In this document: piece after piece, positions 23,724-34,970 of the stretch
How positions within the stretch are numbered: position 1 is the stretch's first letter
Layout: the number at the start of each line of letters is the position of its first letter
NCBI RefSeq assembly: GCF_001194135.2
Contig: NC_068985.1
Span: 57,178,658 to 57,217,110, forward strand
Reading direction: 5' to 3'
Source: Octopus bimaculoides
Taxonomy: Eukaryota
Length of the DNA: 38,453 bases
The notes under the pieces: generated by a model
Told to the model about the DNA's origin: nothing
The model's input: the letters and a program-made list of their open reading frames with translations, nothing else
Database searches by the model: none
Translations under genes and position numbers: made by a program

Positions 23724-24807
23724 CATAATACATGTATGTATATATGAAGGCATGTATGTATGTATGTGTGTGTGTGTGTGTGTGTGCATCTGTGTCAGTG
23801 TGTGTATCTGAAGACAGCACAACTTTTTTCGTTAAGAAATACTTCTTTTTCGAATTTACGTTGTTTTCTTTTTTTCTCAAAGAAATACATAGGAATAATA
23901 GACACCGACATCAGTCAATAAGTTCCACCTTATGTCGGTCTTAGCTAACATACTTGAAGTAAGAGAATTTTAAAAGAAAAATACATAATAGCCAATGCAG
24001 AAATGGATAATCAAATAATATACATGAGAAAATATGTAAATGCTATTGATTAAAATGTATATATGCTAATAAATTTTTAAATATATTCCCCTGTTACTTC
24101 GTTTATCGAGTAAATACACACACATACATTTATACACCCCCCCTATATATATATATATATGTATATATATATNNNNNNNNNNNNNNNNNNNNNNNNNNNN
24201 NNNNNNNNNNNNNNNNNNNNNNNNNNNNNNNNNNNNNNNNNNNNNNNNNNNNNNNNNNNNNNNNNNNNNNNNNNNNNNNNNNNNNNNNNNNNNNNNNNNN
24301 NNNNNNNNNNNNNNNNNNNNNNNNNNNNNNNNNNNNNNNNNNNNNNNNNNNNNNNNNNNNNNNNNNNNNNNNNNNNNNNNNNNNNNNNNNNNNNNNNNNN
24401 NNNNNNNNNNNNNNNNNNNNNNNNNNNNNNNNNNNNNNNNNNNNNNNNNNNNNNNNNNNNNNNNNNNNNNNNNNNNNNNNNNNNNNNNNNNNNNNNNNNN
24501 NNNNNNNNNNNNNNNNNNNNNNNNNNNNNNNNNNNNNNNNNNNNNNNNNNNNNNNNNNNNNNNNNNNNNNNNNNNNNNNNNNNNNNNNNNNNNNNNNNNN
24601 NNNNNNNNNNNNNNNNNNNNNNNNNNNNNNNNNNNNNNNNNNNNNNNNNNNNNNNNNNNNNNNNNNNNNNNNNNNNNNNNNNNNNNNNNNNNNNNNNNNN
24701 NNNNNNNNNNNNNNNNNNNNNNNNNNNNNNNNNNNNNNNNNNNNNNNNNNNNNNNNNNNNNNNNNNNNNNNNNNNNNNNNNNNNNNNNNNNNNNNNNNNN
24801 NGTACAT

Positions 24808-25013
24808 AGACACTTTCAAATTTATAGAATATTGTGCTGATGATCGGAATAGAGTAATTTTATACTCTTAACCGTGAAACGTCGTACACGATTAACTAAA
24901 GGCAGGTTTGTTTTTGCTTTCTCTTCTGTTTTTGTTCTCTGTGTGCCATAAATATCGCCATCCGTTAGAGAAAAAAATTGTAGTTTGGAATCAGTAGTTC
25001 TTTGACTGCTATT
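24808..25013 (+). mobile_element. HHR-bearing interspersed repeat (solo pLTR or retrozyme-like), copy 1
   Basis: Colinear with 38249-38453 (agacactttcaaattta...tgtgccataaatatcgccatccg...tcagtagttcttt). It lies between an N gap preceded by (TA)n and another (TA)n. Confidence 0.85.
24832..24891 (+). ncRNA. Type I hammerhead ribozyme, intact core
   Basis: TTGTG-CTGATGA-T-CGG aatAGAGTAattttaTACTCTtaa CCG-T-GAAAC gtc GTA-CACGA. Helix I TTGTG/CACGA, helix II CGG/CCG, minimal helix III, GUA cleavage triplet. Confidence 0.85.
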
Positions 25014-25990
25014 TCTAAATTCTCAGTATGTTGGTGAAGCAACTCATGCTAATCCCTGTATATTTATGATTATATATATATATATATATATATATAATCT
25101 TAGACTGACCATATCAAATTGCAAGACTGGCTGAAAAATATGTAACCTATATACAATGCTAATATGTCAAGTGGTGCTGTTCTGGCTAAAAACACTAATA
25201 TTTAAGACTATTCCTCTTCTAAATTTGGCAATACAATGCTCCTACTTCAAGTAAGTGAATCCTACACCACCCCGTTACCTACATCCAACCCTTTGTAAAC
25301 TGTTTTCCTCTGTTCTCTATATTAATTGAATATTTTCATCTTCTCCTCTCACCTTCTCCATACAATAGACATTCCTCCAATGTCCTGCTTGTTATAACGA
25401 CAAATTGCTCTGACAAAAGTAGCATAAATTTTCTGAGGTCGTTCAGTTTACTTTAATTGAGCAATAGAAGAACTGAGTAAATCTATCGGTAATGTACGTA
25501 TAAGATTACTGAAAACAGCTGTGTGCCAAATTTGCTCCAATAAAGGAAAAAAAGTAATGACCATTATTTCTAATTTGTATATACATACATATATATATAT
25601 CAAGAAAAAATTTACATAGTTCAGTTTTTTATGTTCACTGACCGCAAACATTTTTGCCAGTATAGATATACAGTAAAGGCTTTCAATAGCGTCGTATCCT
25701 ATATTATCGACTGCTATTTCCAGTAAATATTGGTGCATTGTTGTACTATTATCCTATATATATATATATATATATATATNNNNNNNNNNNNNNNNNNNNN
25801 NNNNNNNNNNNNNNNNNNNNNNNNNNNNNNNNNNNNNNNNNNNNNNNNNNNNNNNNNNNNNNNNNNNNNNNNNNNNNNNNNNNNNNNNNNNNNNNNNNNN
25901 NNNNNNNNNNNNNNNNNNNNNNNNNNNCAATAAAGGAAAAAAAGTAATGACCATTATTTCTAATTTGTATATACATACATATATATATTA

Positions 25991-26158
25991 AGTCGATTAC
26001 ATCGATCCCAGTGCGTAAGTGGTACATAATTTATCGACCCCGAAAGGATGAAAGGCAAAGTCTACCTCGGCGGAATTTGAACTCAGAACGTAACGGCAGA
26101 TGAAATACCGATAAAGATTTCGGCCGGCATGCTAACGTTTCTGCCAGCTCACCGCCTT
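25991..26158 (-). mobile_element. tRNA-derived SINE, family B
   Basis: The minus strand begins aaggcggtgagctggcagaaacgttagc...gagttcaaattccgccgagg (A and B boxes). Homologs at 34228, 33515, 33675, 31474, 13555 and 1664. Confidence 0.9.
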
Positions 26159-26485
26159 TTCTGATCACCGCCACTATTCTGATAACCTAATATGCCGTAA
26201 AGGGGAAAAAAAGTACTCTGCAGTATATTAGGAGGCGAGATTAGTTGATAGCACCTGAAATCAAACGAGGAAAAAAAGAACTCCGAGATGGTGGGGAAGG
26301 AATTTTCGAGTTGCAAGTTGACAGGGAACCTGGGGCCCACCAAAATTGTTCCCAATCGGGTCCCGCACCTCCTAAGGTCGACTCTGTATATGAGCAGTAT
26401 AAGTTAGTTGAAATTTGTTTGTCACTTATTTCAACTGCTAAAGGGCAAATACAGCGCAGTTACCGTGGAGAATATATCTCCCGTA

Positions 26486-26767
26486 TGGTAAGGTGTGAAA
26501 ACACCCGGTTCCTTCAGTGTCGCCTTCTGTTAGGAATTCCAGATATCAATGTTTCAAGCTTCTTGGCTCTTGTCGATAAGATGTTTTCACACCTTTTCAA
26601 CGTGTTGACTGAAACATACATAAAGATATGGCGTTAATAGTTCGTTCAGAGCTGCTTTGATAGGTATATGTCATCGACAAGAGCTGCGAAACTTGAAATA
26701 TCGATGTCTGGGATTCCTAATAGATGGCGACAATGAACGAATCGGGTGTTTTCATACCTTTTTACCA
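26486..26767. mobile_element. Foldback element with nested terminal motif
   Basis: 26491-26577 versus the reverse complement of 26673-26759 is 73/87 identical. The 14-mer aaggtgtgaaaaca at 26490 also has a perfect inverted copy at 26582-26595. Confidence 0.85.
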
Positions 26768-27655
26768 CAGGAAAGGTGTATTTTGCACGGAAACTGCAAT
26801 GCATTTCCGTTTTAGCAGATGAAATAAGGCGCAGACATATTTCTACTTACCTAAATTCTGCCCATGTTTAAACACTGTTGTCGTTGGTTTAATTTATAAA
26901 CCAATGGAATATTTACCGTTTATTTTGAGAATAGGAAAGTTAAATTTTAGAGTTAGGCCAGTGATTTGCCCTTTGTACTTAGGTGTTTTACATGATATAT
27001 CAGCTGTAGGAGAATGGTATATAAGAGTTCACAAAAGAATAATTATGTAGTAATGTTTAGTTAGTTGGCTGGTTGGCATTATTTATGGTTGTTCACCTGC
27101 TTATTTTTGTACGGTGATGGTTCTCATTTAATCATATGACATATCATATTAGTGCGGAACATTTGTTAGTTAAATGCTTTAATGTTCACAAGAGTATGGA
27201 ACTATTAGAAATTGCTGTTCAGCATGTTTGTTTCTAGCGGAACATTGCCCTGGAAAATTCTTTGTTGCTATTTATAAATTTTAACGTATGTGTGTAGGGA
27301 GGTGAATTTTGTCGGCTGCTTTTCATAAATATTTCAAATATACGGTTACAAAGACGAGTATATTTTTGAAGCATGTTCTTTGTACCTTTTAACATATGTA
27401 AAAATGCGCAAAAAGATTCTAAGCCATGTTATTCATAAAAGCATGTCTGTGTATTTTGTAGATGTGTTGTCGTATTTCAGAAAATTTTATAGGAACGTTT
27501 CGAAAATTTGGGAACTCGTATATAATCTCTCCATGACTCATTTAGTGCTGAGTTGTGATATCCTATTTCATGTGTATTATTAAGGAGGAAGATCTAGGAG
27601 GAGTTTGCTGAGATGTTTCCATATTTAGCCGTTAGAAAAACATTTGGTTTGAGTT

Positions 27656-28200
27656 TTAAAGGTTTTTGAGTTTATATGAGGGGACCAAATTTTCGGTTTC
27701 GGTCCAGGATTTTCTTCGTGAAAAAAAGGAGTGTAGTAGGCTTCATTGGTACAGATTTTGGAAGAGTTTATTCTTACAGTTGTATGGCTGTGCGTGTGAC
27801 AATGATTTCCAGTTAAGGATGTATGAAGTATGTGTTGAATAGAGAGATCATTTTTCCTATTTGTGTTGCGGAAAGTGTGTGTTTACGTGTGGGTGTGAAT
27901 ATGTGTGTGTATATGTGTGAGTGTTTGTGCGCTTGTGTGTATGTGTGTGTGTGCCTGAGTGTGTGCGTGTGTGTGTATGTTGGTTGTATCACATATTGAA
28001 CAGGTTTGCTGCTGACGGTATATATAGATATAGTAGTTGGGGTATTATTTGTGTTTACGGTTGCGCTATAGCCAATATTGCTTGAGAGACAGTCTCCTTG
28101 TTGAGGGCAAAGAGAAGGGGCACTACAGTTGTAGTTCATGTTATTACGTATGTGATTTTAGCCTTTTTATGAGATACAATCCGACGAAACATCGAAGTAA
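27656..28200 (-). mobile_element. Decayed GIY-YIG endonuclease fragment of another PLE (PLE3), interrupted by a (CA/TG) tract
   Basis: The minus strand gives NCSAPSLCPQQGDCLSSNIGYSATVNT, then ILNWKSLSHAQPYNCKNK..ICTNEAYY. This is the same motif order (CxC..CPxxGxCL..IVYxAxV..WKI..PY..CxxCxxE) as the PLE1 endonuclease. Confidence 0.65.
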
Positions 28201-28284
28201 CTGTCACTATTATACTTTAACAAGAAAAATATATGTACATATGTATGTTTATATCTGCTCATATACATGCTTATAAATGAATGT

Positions 28285-28285
<1 letters not shown>

Positions 28286-28355
<70 letters not shown>

Positions 28356-28362
28356 CCTATCT
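28286..28362. repeat. (ATCT)n microsatellite
   Basis: Direct reading. Confidence 0.95.
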
Positions 28363-29034
28363 ATCGCTATATACATCTCAAAATATATGCATATATTTAT
28401 ATGAGGTATATATATATATNNNNNNNNNNNNNNNNNNNNNNNNNNNNNNNNNNNNNNNNNNNNNNNNNNNNNNNNNNNNNNNNNNNNNNNNNNNNNNNNN
28501 NNNNNNNNNNNNNNNNNNNNNNNNNNNNNNNNNNNNNNNNNNNNNNNNNNNNNNNNNNNNNNNNNNNNNNNNNNNNNNNNNNNNNNNNNNNNNNNNNNNN
28601 NNNNNNNNNNNNNNNNNNNNNNNNNNNNNNNNNNNNNNNNNNNNNNNNNNNNNNNNNNNNNNNNNNNNNNNNNNNNNNNNNNNNNNNNNNNNNNNNNNNN
28701 NNNNNNNNNNNNNNNNNNNNNNNNNNNNNNNNNNNNNNNNNNNNNNNNNNNNNNNNNNNNNNNNATCAATGGGAGCGGGTAAAAGTGGAGGTTTTACCCA
28801 AAATTTGTATAACAATTAGAAAATGGAGGATAATATGCTGAACCCAACTACTTGCAGACGGTGTATCCCGTTGAATTCATTAATTTAATTCATAGCAAAA
28901 GTGACAAAAAAAAGAAAGAAAAAGAAAGAAAGAACCAAAGCACAGGTGTCTATGGCAGAATATGTTATTTTGCCAACCTGGTTTACATATAGAAGTACAA
29001 AGTACATAAGGAGCTAGGGGATGAACAGAAGTTT

Positions 29035-29163
29035 AATCTTACAGCTGTTTCGGCCTAGTTTTAGCAAGCCCCATTCTATCCGAATATTCCTTTCCGGAGT
29101 GATTATCGGATGACATTTTGAAATGGTGTTACATGCCCGAACTGCTAGGCCTCTTCAGAGATT
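29035..29163 (-). ncRNA. Type I hammerhead ribozyme, intact core, with 86-nt insertion in loop II
   Basis: The minus strand reads AATCT-CTGAAGA-GGCCTAG-[86 nt]-CTAGGCC-GAAAC agct GTA-AGATT. Perfect 5-bp helix I, 7-bp helix II with G10.1-C11.1, palindromic helix III and a GUA site. Confidence 0.85.
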
Positions 29164-29725
29164 CACAAAGGGTTTCATACAAATGTAGAGCAAGAGGTAA
29201 AAACAGAGGTGTGGTAGAGACCAGAAGAAAAACAACAGCAAAAATAAGATAGAAATAAAAATAAAAAATAGAATTAAAATCAAAATCAAAATAAAAATAA
29301 GAGTACAGCAGGAAAAAAAAATAATGAAGAATACGAAAAATGAAGGTATAGCATGTGGGACATGCAAACATATAAAAAAGATATATGTCAAAAAAACCCT
29401 TAAAAATACAAGGCACACAAAGAGCCTGCAAACATTATAAATAGGTAGCTATAGACACTTCAATGCACATATATATGTGTGGGTTCGTGTGCACAGCCTT
29501 ACTCGGATGACCCATTACTCCCATGTGTGCATATACAAGTTGTTATAAGCAAACATTCCACCACATACGTTGTTTGTGGCATCAGCGCTATTAGCCGTAT
29601 CTAGAAAGCTGTAAGTGTTTTTTAGAAAGGAAGTTTTGTTGAGTGTGTGTGTGTCATTTCGATATATATTGGAAGGTTCTATGTAGAAGTTCATTTTATA
29701 CAAGTTATTAATGTTCTAGTAGCAA

Positions 29726-30140
29726 GGGGGCGCCAGTTTTCATCTAGGTTTTATGTAGTGTTTTTGGTACGGAAAGACTTTCAAACTTCGTATACTTATC
29801 TATTTTGTGTTATAGAACAGAAAAATATTTTTGTATTCGAATTTATTTCATGTAAAAAATTGTCTTATTTCGATAATTTCTACTAATCACTGACGTCTAT
29901 TCAGTTGAAAACAGCGCTGTAACGGTGTNNNNNNNNNNTAACTCTATTGAGCTGAATAGACGTCAGTGATTGGTTGAAATTACAGAAATACGACAACTTT
30001 AACATGAAATAACTTGCGAAATCCTTTTTTTTTTGTTAAGAAGACTAAGAGTAAAAGATGTTTTATATGACACATTCTACCAGTGTCCCAAGCTTCAAAG
30101 TGTTTCGTTAGTGTTTCGTAAAGAAAATACTGGCGCCCCC
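29726..30140. mobile_element. MITE-like element with long TIRs
   Basis: Ends GGGGGCGCCAG / CTGGCGCCCCC. Inner arms ttatttcatgt..ttgtc.tatttc..taatttc.ac.aatcactgacgtctattcag are inverted about a 10-N gap. Confidence 0.75.
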
Positions 30141-30460
30141 GTTTTAAAATAGATCCAGTAGCAATAACAGTGATGGTGAGGATGATGGTGGCAACAACAA
30201 CAACAATAACAACAACCACAACAACAACAATAATATTCCAAACTCTCAAACTTAGCGGTGCAAGATATCCTGTTGCTTCTTCCAACGGCTCTACCATTCT
30301 GCTGCTAACGGGGGAGGGTTAATTACTACCGTTAACTTCCCTCCTTCCAATTGGGCAACTATTGTTTTAAACTGCCTACGCTTAGCTACGGTTGGATAGC
30401 CACTGGCCGGTCAAGATGCTAGCTTGCCTGCGCACATGTCCCCCCCCCCCACACGCGTGC

Positions 30461-30629
30461 TATGTATATCTCCCCGTACTCACGCTCATGCGTGCGTGTA
30501 TGTATATACACATGTATGCGCGCAGCCACACATCTCTTAATTCTACTATATACTATATGTGTGGCTGCGCGCATACATGTGTATATACATACACGCACGC
30601 ATGAGCGTGAGTACGGGGAGATATACATA
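30461..30629. repeat. Perfect 73-bp inverted repeat with 23-nt spacer
   Basis: 30461-30533 is the exact reverse complement of 30557-30629. Confidence 0.95.
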
Positions 30630-30661
30630 TATATGTGTATGTATGTATGTATATATATATA

Positions 30662-31001
30662 TTACGACGTCGAGGGTTCCAGTTGATCCTATCAACGAAA
30701 CAGCCTGCTCGTGAAATTAACGTGCAAGTGGCTGAGCACTCCACAGACACGTGTACCCTTAACGTAGTTCTCGGGGATATTCAGCGTGACACAGTGTGAC
30801 AAGGCTGACCTTGATGTATTACAGGTATAACAGAAGCAGAAAGATAGAGTGAGAGAAAGTTGTGGTGAAAGAGTACAGCAGGGTTCGCAAACCATCCCCT
30901 GCTGGAGCCTCGTGGAGCTTTGAGTGTTTTCGCTCAATAAACACTCACAACGCCCGGTCTGGGAATCGAAACCGCGGACCTATGACCGCGAGTCCGCTGC
31001 C
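30662..31001 (-). mobile_element. tRNA-derived SINE, family C (head cut by gap)
   Basis: The minus strand gives gcagcggactcgcggtcataggtccgcggtttcgattcccagaccgggcg (B box), a body shared with 1955-2058, and tail ...ggaaccctcgacgtcgtaa. Confidence 0.85.
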
Positions 31002-31132
31002 NNNNNNNNNNNNNNNNNNNNNNNNNNNNNNNNNNNNNNNNNNNNNNNNNNNNNNNNNNNNNNNNNNNNNNNNNNNNNNNNNNNNNNNNNNNNNNNNNNN
31101 NNNNNNNNNNNNNNNNNNNNNNNNNNNNNNNN

Positions 31133-31175
<43 letters not shown>

Positions 31176-31473
31176 TTTATACTCCTACGCTTTGTCTAAC
31201 GTAATAGAACCACCTGGTATACATATATTATATTATGTAATTTGTATATATATATATTATAAATCATATATCACTGAGAGAGGGAGTGGGGAGACAGGTT
31301 TATAAACATGTGCACCTGTCTGTGTATTTTAAAACATTGAATGTAAAACATTGATAACCCTCCCCTCCCGATTAATACATCAAAAGTGACCTTACTAATT
31401 TATGAGAAATAAATTTAATTGTTAAAATGCTTAAAATTGTCATCTGTTCCCTGGATATCACTACTCCTTAATA

Positions 31474-31626
31474 TTGGTTACAAATTCTGGCACAAGAGAA
31501 GGGATCAACTGGTACATGGTTTATTCACACTAAACAAATTAAAGGCAAAGCCGACATTGGTGGCAGGGACAGAAGAAATGACGCTAAGCGTTTTTCCCAG
31601 TGAGCTAACGATTTTGCCCGCTCCCC
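31474..31626 (-). mobile_element. Diverged, internally deleted SINE family B
   Basis: caactggtac..aaaggcaaagccgac..gctaagcgtttttccc..gctaacgattttgcc resembles family B. Confidence 0.55.
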
Positions 31627-32473
31627 GAATTCTCTACACATTAATTTTAACATCTGATCGGTTTATTGCTTGCCTATGGTTTGAATATGATTTGGATTCT
31701 ACTTTTAACGTACATTGCTAAACATTAATACAATTGTTATACATGCTACATGAGAAAGGCGGAGTAATCAGTTTAACTATATATCCTTAATTACGGTGTC
31801 GCCTTATATGAATAGCAGACAACTATACAAAAATGTTTGTGGAACAACACCTCCGTTTGTAGATATATAACTATATACTTATGTATATATGTGTGTATAT
31901 ACATACATGCATACATGCATACACACATACACACAAACACACATATATACCTACATACACATTTGAATACATATACTTATGTACACATGCACAAGCGAAC
32001 ACAAAATACTCCCATGCACACACACTGACATTTATCTGCGTGTGAGCTTATATATATATATATATATTATACATACTAGCAGATCTACCCCTCTACGATG
32101 GAGGCATAAAATGAGGGAGGGAAGTCATAACAGCAGTATGTACTGAGAAATGTGTAAATGGACTTGATAGAATACTGGGTGATGTCTTTGAGAAATCATA
32201 GTATTGTTGGTGATACAGCATTCTATTGCAGCTATATGACATATGTTCGCGGTGTGCTTGAAAATCCAGAGTTACTCGTTTATCAATTCAAACATTCAAA
32301 CAATATCCACGAAATAATCATATTATCTGATTTTTTAATGCTAAAAATCTTCCTGACGACCGTCTTTTTAATCCCGAAAAAATATCGTAACCACTGGTCC
32401 AGCTGTGTGGTCATGAAGACGGAACAGACAAAGAGACGGACAACCAGACGGACAAACAGACAGCCCTAACGCC

Positions 32474-32690
32474 GGAGATATATGGCCTACAACTTAGGAT
32501 ATTGCACTCACGATCGCACAATAGTTGTTACAATTCTCAAATCAGCGTACGTTCTGTTCTTGAGCAAAACACTTAATTTCACGTCCTCCCAGTCGACTTA
32601 ACTTTAAATGGGCATTCCTGCTTCAGACTGGAGTTCAAGAACAATATTAGCCTGGTAGCCTAGCCAAGTTGTTGGCATCAATCGACAATT
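32474..32690 (+). mobile_element. SINE family D copy
   Basis: ggagatatatggccta...ttgcactcacgatcgc...tgttcttgagcaaaacacttaatttcacgt. Homologous to 13775-13964. Confidence 0.7.
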
Positions 32691-33514
32691 ATAACAACGC
32701 CAGGAAGTGCATTGTGACAACCGGTCGATACAATGGTATATATATATATATANNNNNNNNNNAAATATGTATGTAGGAAGATAAACATTAATTGGGAGAA
32801 AAAGAGGAGAGACAGTGATAGAATGTGAGTGAGAAAAATAAATTCGTCATTTCGATAATATACTTTATAAACTGATAAACTATGTTGTGTAAATCATTTT
32901 TCGTCATATAACCATTGTTTCAAAAACGAATAACTTGCTGTGTAATTACAGCAATCGTTTAAATTAATTAACATGAATAGTATAGGCTTAATTATCATGT
33001 ATAATATATTCATGTCTTTCGTAATTTTTCTTAAATAATGAATCATCATTACAGTTGTATTGGTAATTATATGCTCGAAAGAAATTAAACAATTAGAAAC
33101 GATAGCTAATTTGAATCAATAGAGAAAGACTTTTCTTTCGATATCTTTTATAATTTTAGTTTGAAAATGAAAAGTGAACTGAAGCACGTAATTTTTCATA
33201 CAAAGGAAAAATAAAATGTCCACCGCAAACTAGCATTTATATAGCATTACAAGCCAATGTGATATACACTATATTATTATTCAGTTGCTAGAAATAACCA
33301 CAAAATGTTCATCCTATCTTTCGAAAGGAATCTTTAGAAAAGCACACGTGAGAATTTATTTTCCAAAATATTCCGTGACTTATGAAAGCGAATTTAGTCA
33401 AGGTTCAAACACATTTCGTTACTGTTATTCTGGGCTTTAATATGACCTGACAGTGCACAAAACGAACAGCAACCACAGCGGCGGGAACGAGCACAACAAA
33501 AAATTTGGTGATTT

Positions 33515-33832
33515 CAATTTAGGCACAATGCCAGCAGCTTCAGGAGAGGATTAAATCGATTAAATCGATCCCACTCTTCAACTGGTACTCTTTTAATCAA
33601 CCACGAAAGGACGAAAAACTCAGAATCTAAAGATGGACGAAACACCGCAAAACATCTCTACACTTTACTATTTTCAAATCGTGGCACAAAGCCAGCAAGC
33701 TGGGGTTGAGGTAAGACGATTACATCAACCCCAGTGATCAACTGGCCCGTTTTTTATCTTTGAATTCATAATTTGAAATGCCAGTAAGCATTTTGCCATG
33801 CGTGCTAACGATTCTGTCAGTTAGCCGCCTTA
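33515..33832 (-). mobile_element. Two adjacent diverged SINE family B copies (about 33515-33655 and 33675-33832)
   Basis: Each has ggcacaa...cgatta.atc.a.ccc...caactgg. The second ends gtgctaacgattctgtcagttagccgcctta. Confidence 0.6.
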
Positions 33833-34074
33833 AAAATAACACCAGCAATAATAGTAATAAAAAGCCTAGACTTCATTCATTGTTTAACGTTTAATGGACT
33901 AGATTTCTTCTCTCTCGATACAAGAACATGTCCGTAATGTGTCATCCAAATGTAATGTCACTATATATCCCCGAGCGGACATTATTATTATCCATCTCAT
34001 GATTGGTTATATTCTTCTATATCACCTAATGATAGTCATTTTATTTCATTTGTTCTTAACCCAGATGATAGCCC

Positions 34075-34151
34075 CACCTAAACTGAAGACTTTGTGACTA
34101 TAAATATCAAGGGTTGCTATTTATGAAGGAGACAGTAGCTGTTTAGAGGTG
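34075..34151 (+). ncRNA. Possible decayed type I hammerhead
   Basis: cacctaaa-CTGAAGA-CTTTG..ATAAATA...TATTTA TGAAG-GAGAC AG tag CTGT-T-tagaggtg. The core, a helix II and a helix III are plausible. GAAAC reads GAGAC and helix I is imperfect. Confidence 0.3.
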
Positions 34152-34227
34152 TCATGGCTTTCTTAGAAATGAAAGAAAGTAAATAAAAACTAATTTGTTG
34201 GGAGTAACAAATACGAATATAATATTC

Positions 34228-34442
34228 TTTTCTATTGTAGGCATAAGACCCAAATTTTTTGACGAGGGGATCAGTCGGTTATATCGACCCCAGTAAGCAA
34301 ATGGTACTTAATTTATCGACCCCGAAATAGACGAAAGGGAAGTCGACCTCGGTGGAGTTTGAACTCAGAACATAAAGACAAACGAAATAACGCTAAGCAT
34401 TTCGCCCGGCGTACTAACGTTTCTGCCAGCTCGCTGCCTTTA
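34228..34442 (-). mobile_element. SINE family B
   Basis: Close match to 25991-26158. Confidence 0.9.
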
Positions 34443-34882
34443 TATGAATGTAAATTCTGCTATCAATGAGCAGTTAATGTACATGATGACATAATGAAGG
34501 TCCGTAATATCCTTTTAGTACTCAAAATCTTTACTAATTTTCATAAAAGTTTAATACAAAACTAATACGCGTAAAAGGAAGCACATTTGCAATAGCGAAC
34601 GCCAGATAATACGTACCGCATACCACCGGAGACATAACTAATGACAGCTAGGTTGCTTGAAACGCTTTTCTCAATACACAGACAACTCCGGGTGATGATT
34701 GTTGCTGCTTTAACAATAGTTGCCTCTAATGAATATTTTTTTTCCACGGCAAATTAGAGTGTAGATAGTCATTTAAAGTTAAATTTGTCAGAAACATATT
34801 TGTAATGATATATTAGTTTATTTGCCAATTTTACTTTCATGTACCTGCTGCTGCTGTTGCCGCTGGTGATGGTGGTGGTAAA

Positions 34883-34947
<65 letters not shown>

Positions 34948-34970
34948 CACTGCTGCTGCTGCTGCTGCTA
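34883..34970. repeat. (CTA)n/(CTG)n microsatellite
   Basis: Direct reading. Confidence 0.95.

Noticed and set aside
25538-25988. 61-nt exact duplication (25538-25598 and 25928-25988)
   Set aside because: The identical copies sit on either side of an N gap next to TA runs. Most likely contig overlap or uncollapsed haplotypes rather than biology.
26245-26637. 130-aa plus-strand ORF
   Set aside because: It runs into the foldback arm and shows no protein-family motif.
32353-32390. CTGACGA...CGAAA hammerhead-like spacing
   Set aside because: Helices I and II do not pair.
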